The notes under the pieces are model-generated. The model saw nothing but the letters and a program-made list of their open reading frames with translations, had not been told where the DNA came from and ran no database searches. The position numbers were made by a program, and so were the translations under genes. Source: Takakia lepidozioides (taxonomy: Eukaryota; Plantae; Bryophyta). From it: a DNA stretch of 64,000 bases. Below, in pieces: positions 61,725 through 64,000 of the stretch; the first letter of the stretch is position 1, and every line of letters begins with the position of its first letter. Location of the stretch: contig CM060733.1 of the NCBI GenBank assembly GCA_030704615.1, positions 30,566,001 through 30,630,000 of the forward strand, given 5' to 3'.

Positions 61725-62690
61725 TATCCGGATGAAGGCATTTGTTTTCTGGACTTGTTTGGCGGATCAGCACCGGATTGGCTGCTGTGTTACAGGCAGG
61801 TGTACGAGTTCGGCGTTACCTGTATGTGGAGAGGGATGAGACTGCACGACGGTTTCACTTCGCCATGTTGCTCAGTTGGGTAGCGGTACCCTGAGTTGTT
61901 GTCGGTGTCTGCAATTCGTGGATATCAGCAGGCCTTGCCAGCAGACATTTCGTTGCTGGGGGGCGCAGGATTTGGAGCGGGTTGGCTCCATTGATCTGGT
62001 AGTGGCAGGTTGGCCCTGCCAAGGGCATTCATCAGCCGGGCATGGCAATGGATTGCGAGACTCGAGGTCGGGTCTGTTTTGGGAGATGGTGCGGGTTTTG
62101 CGCCACTTGCAGCTTCATCAAGCTGTATCTCCAGCATACATCTTGGAGAATGTGCCACTGATGGGCGATTCTCGGGCCAGGGTGATGGCCGTGTGCATCA
62201 AGTCCGGTCGTGGCTTGGGTCAGCAGTGTTGCTAGATGCAGCTACAGTGGGGTCACGGGCCATCGTCCACGGCTATGGTGGACTAACTTGATGCCACCCG
62301 CACTGCTCAAGCGTGCATTTGATGGGTGCAGCGGCCAGCACATCTCACAGTGGATAGCATTCTGGACACAGGGAGGCAGTCTCAGCGTGTGAGACACGAT
62401 GACCGTTCGCCTTTGGCAGTGGTCAACAAGGGGGGGTCAACCACGAGCATCATTACCTACACTGCTCAGCTTCCCAGGATCGCATGCTTTCCGGGATAGT
62501 GGACCTGGCCTCCTGTGGGATGCTCAGTTGCAGCAGTTAGTGGAGCTAATGCTGACGAGCGTGAGCGGGCAATGGGTTTACCACTGGTACCACGGCGGTG
62601 TCGTCTCTTTCTGAGGCATCACGTCGTCAAGTGTTGGGGCAAGCAATGGATCTCAATTGCTTGACCTGGATTATCAGCTTGGCTATGGCT
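61725..62690 (+). pseudogene. C5 DNA cytosine methyltransferase domain (DNMT3-like) inside retrotransposon pol, frameshifted
   Basis: Motif I LDLFGG(I)STG (61749), II YLYVE, III ADI, IV DLVVAGWPCQ (Cys 62017-62019), D.RSGLF, VI ILENV (62146), VIII HRPRLWWTNL (62261), IX ERERAMG, X RRQVLGQAM (62622), in canonical order. Confidence 0.9.
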
Positions 62691-62971
62691 GAGCAACGCA
62701 GAGTGCGGAGTACACTTCCCTCGATGGTCTCTCTGCCTACCGAGACGGTACAGGCAGTGAGTGGGGGCGAGCATATGAGGACCACGGGGTGCATGCATCC
62801 ATGGCACACGTGGGAGGTGCTCGAGGTTCAGAGGGAGTTGGCAGCCAAGGTGACGATGTGAAAGATGAGGTTGGGGATTCTTCTCGGGTTGAGGAGTCCT
62901 CAAGGATGAGATGATGGGGCAGGATGAGGCCTTGTCATTGACTGAGCAGGCAGGGAGTACTGCTCAAGAGG

Positions 62972-64000
62972 TTGCAACATAGCAACCACTGGACGCGTCC
63001 TCTACCTCTAAGCCCACTGGACTTAAGGTTGCAGTTACGGAGGACAATTGGGAGCCTGACATTGGACCATTGTCACGGAGGAGAGAGACGACGTATACGG
63101 CGGTTCCTGAGGGCTTACAGGAATTGCTTTGCCTTCAGTTTGAAGGACTTGGGAGCACTGAAGGGTCAAGAGATCCGTATTGAGTTGGCCACTGACACGC
63201 CAATCTTTCGGAGACCCTATAGATACAGTGACATGGAGAGGTCTTTGATTCAGATGAGGACTCAAGATCTCTGGGAGGCAGGTTTGGTGGAGCTCTCTGG
63301 TGGAGAGTATGCTTCAGCCACAGTGATGCCAGCCAAGAAGGATGTCTATGGCAATTGGACGGAGAGACGTATGTGCGGTGATTACCGGCCTGTAAATCGT
63401 CAGACCAAGTCCGATAAGTATGCCATGCCAACACCAGAGGAGATCTTTGATGCCATCGGGCATGCTAAGGCCTTTAGCACTTTGGATTTACGATCCGGAT
63501 ATCACCAGTTGCCAATCAAGGAGGCGGACAAGCAGAAGACAGCATTCTGGGGGATCAATGAGCACGGCAAGGATTGCCTATATCAGTGGCGGTTCTTACC
63601 ATTTGGGCTTAAGAATGCTCCTGCAGAGTTTCAGAGAGTCATGGATAGGATTCTAGCAGGGGGGACTTTGCTCGGTGCTACATAGATGACATCATCATCT
63701 TTAGTGTTACGATGGAGGAGCATGAGAGACACCTTCAGGTGGTATTGGAGCGCTTGAGAGCGCACGGATTGAAGTTGCATCCGGGGAAGTGCAAGTTTTC
63801 CACAACCAGATTGAGTATCTGGGTCACATGATATATCCTGGAGGATTGGGGGTACAGCAGACTAAGGTAGAGGCCATTGCACAAATTCCACGCCCCACGG
63901 ATGTGAGCCGAGTTCGAGCTTTCATGGGGTTGGCAAACTATTATAGACGGTTTGTCAAGGGATTTAGTACCATTGCAAAGGCTCTAACCAAGCTGACCAA
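62972..64000 (+). pseudogene. Reverse transcriptase of the MTase-bearing element
   Basis: ORF 62972..63685, then a frameshift to FARCYIDDIIIFS...GLKLHPGKC and VRAFMGLANYYRRFV. Confidence 0.93.

Larger units (their letters stand above)
54638..64000 (+). mobile_element. Ty3/gypsy LTR retrotransposon encoding gag-PR-C5 methyltransferase-RT; runs off the right edge
   Basis: Gag ~58847-60420 (FQRKPTESLREVF..M, CGHCGKHGHGEAQC); protease VLLDS and YDVLL at ~61020-61300; MTase ~61725-62690; RT RMCGDYRPVN, LDLRSGYHQ, LPFGLKNAP, YIDD. The 5' boundary (tgtggacc at 54638) and LTR extent are tentative; possible degenerate PBS tagtattcaaacc at ~58777. Confidence 0.85.

Overview
Eukaryotic nuclear DNA, most likely from a non-seed land plant (GT-AG introns, a PLS-DYW PPR relic, NTRC fragments, Ty3/gypsy and LINE elements). 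The main host feature is a tandem pair of very large minus-strand double-helicase genes. Copy 1 (19130 to ~2934) splices cleanly over 15 phase-compatible exons to ~3,120 aa: ParB/Srx-like N-domain, DUF6469 + SEN1/Upf1-type SF1B helicase, a small RelE-like linker domain (inferred), UvrD-type SF1A helicase and TPR-like repeats (TRANK1-like). Copy 2 (45826 to ~21900) is a pseudogene with internal deletions, interrupted by a recent 13.8-kb Ty3/gypsy element. That element has extra ORFs before gag and after pol, and a 316-bp hairpin in its 3' LTR built from a diverged sibling copy. The right end holds an NTRC relic, a tRNA-derived SINE with a nested hAT MITE, a PPR-DYW pseudogene, and a second Ty3/gypsy element. 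That second element encodes a complete, DNMT3-like C5 cytosine methyltransferase between protease and reverse transcriptase. All domain calls come from reading motifs by eye; no searches were run.
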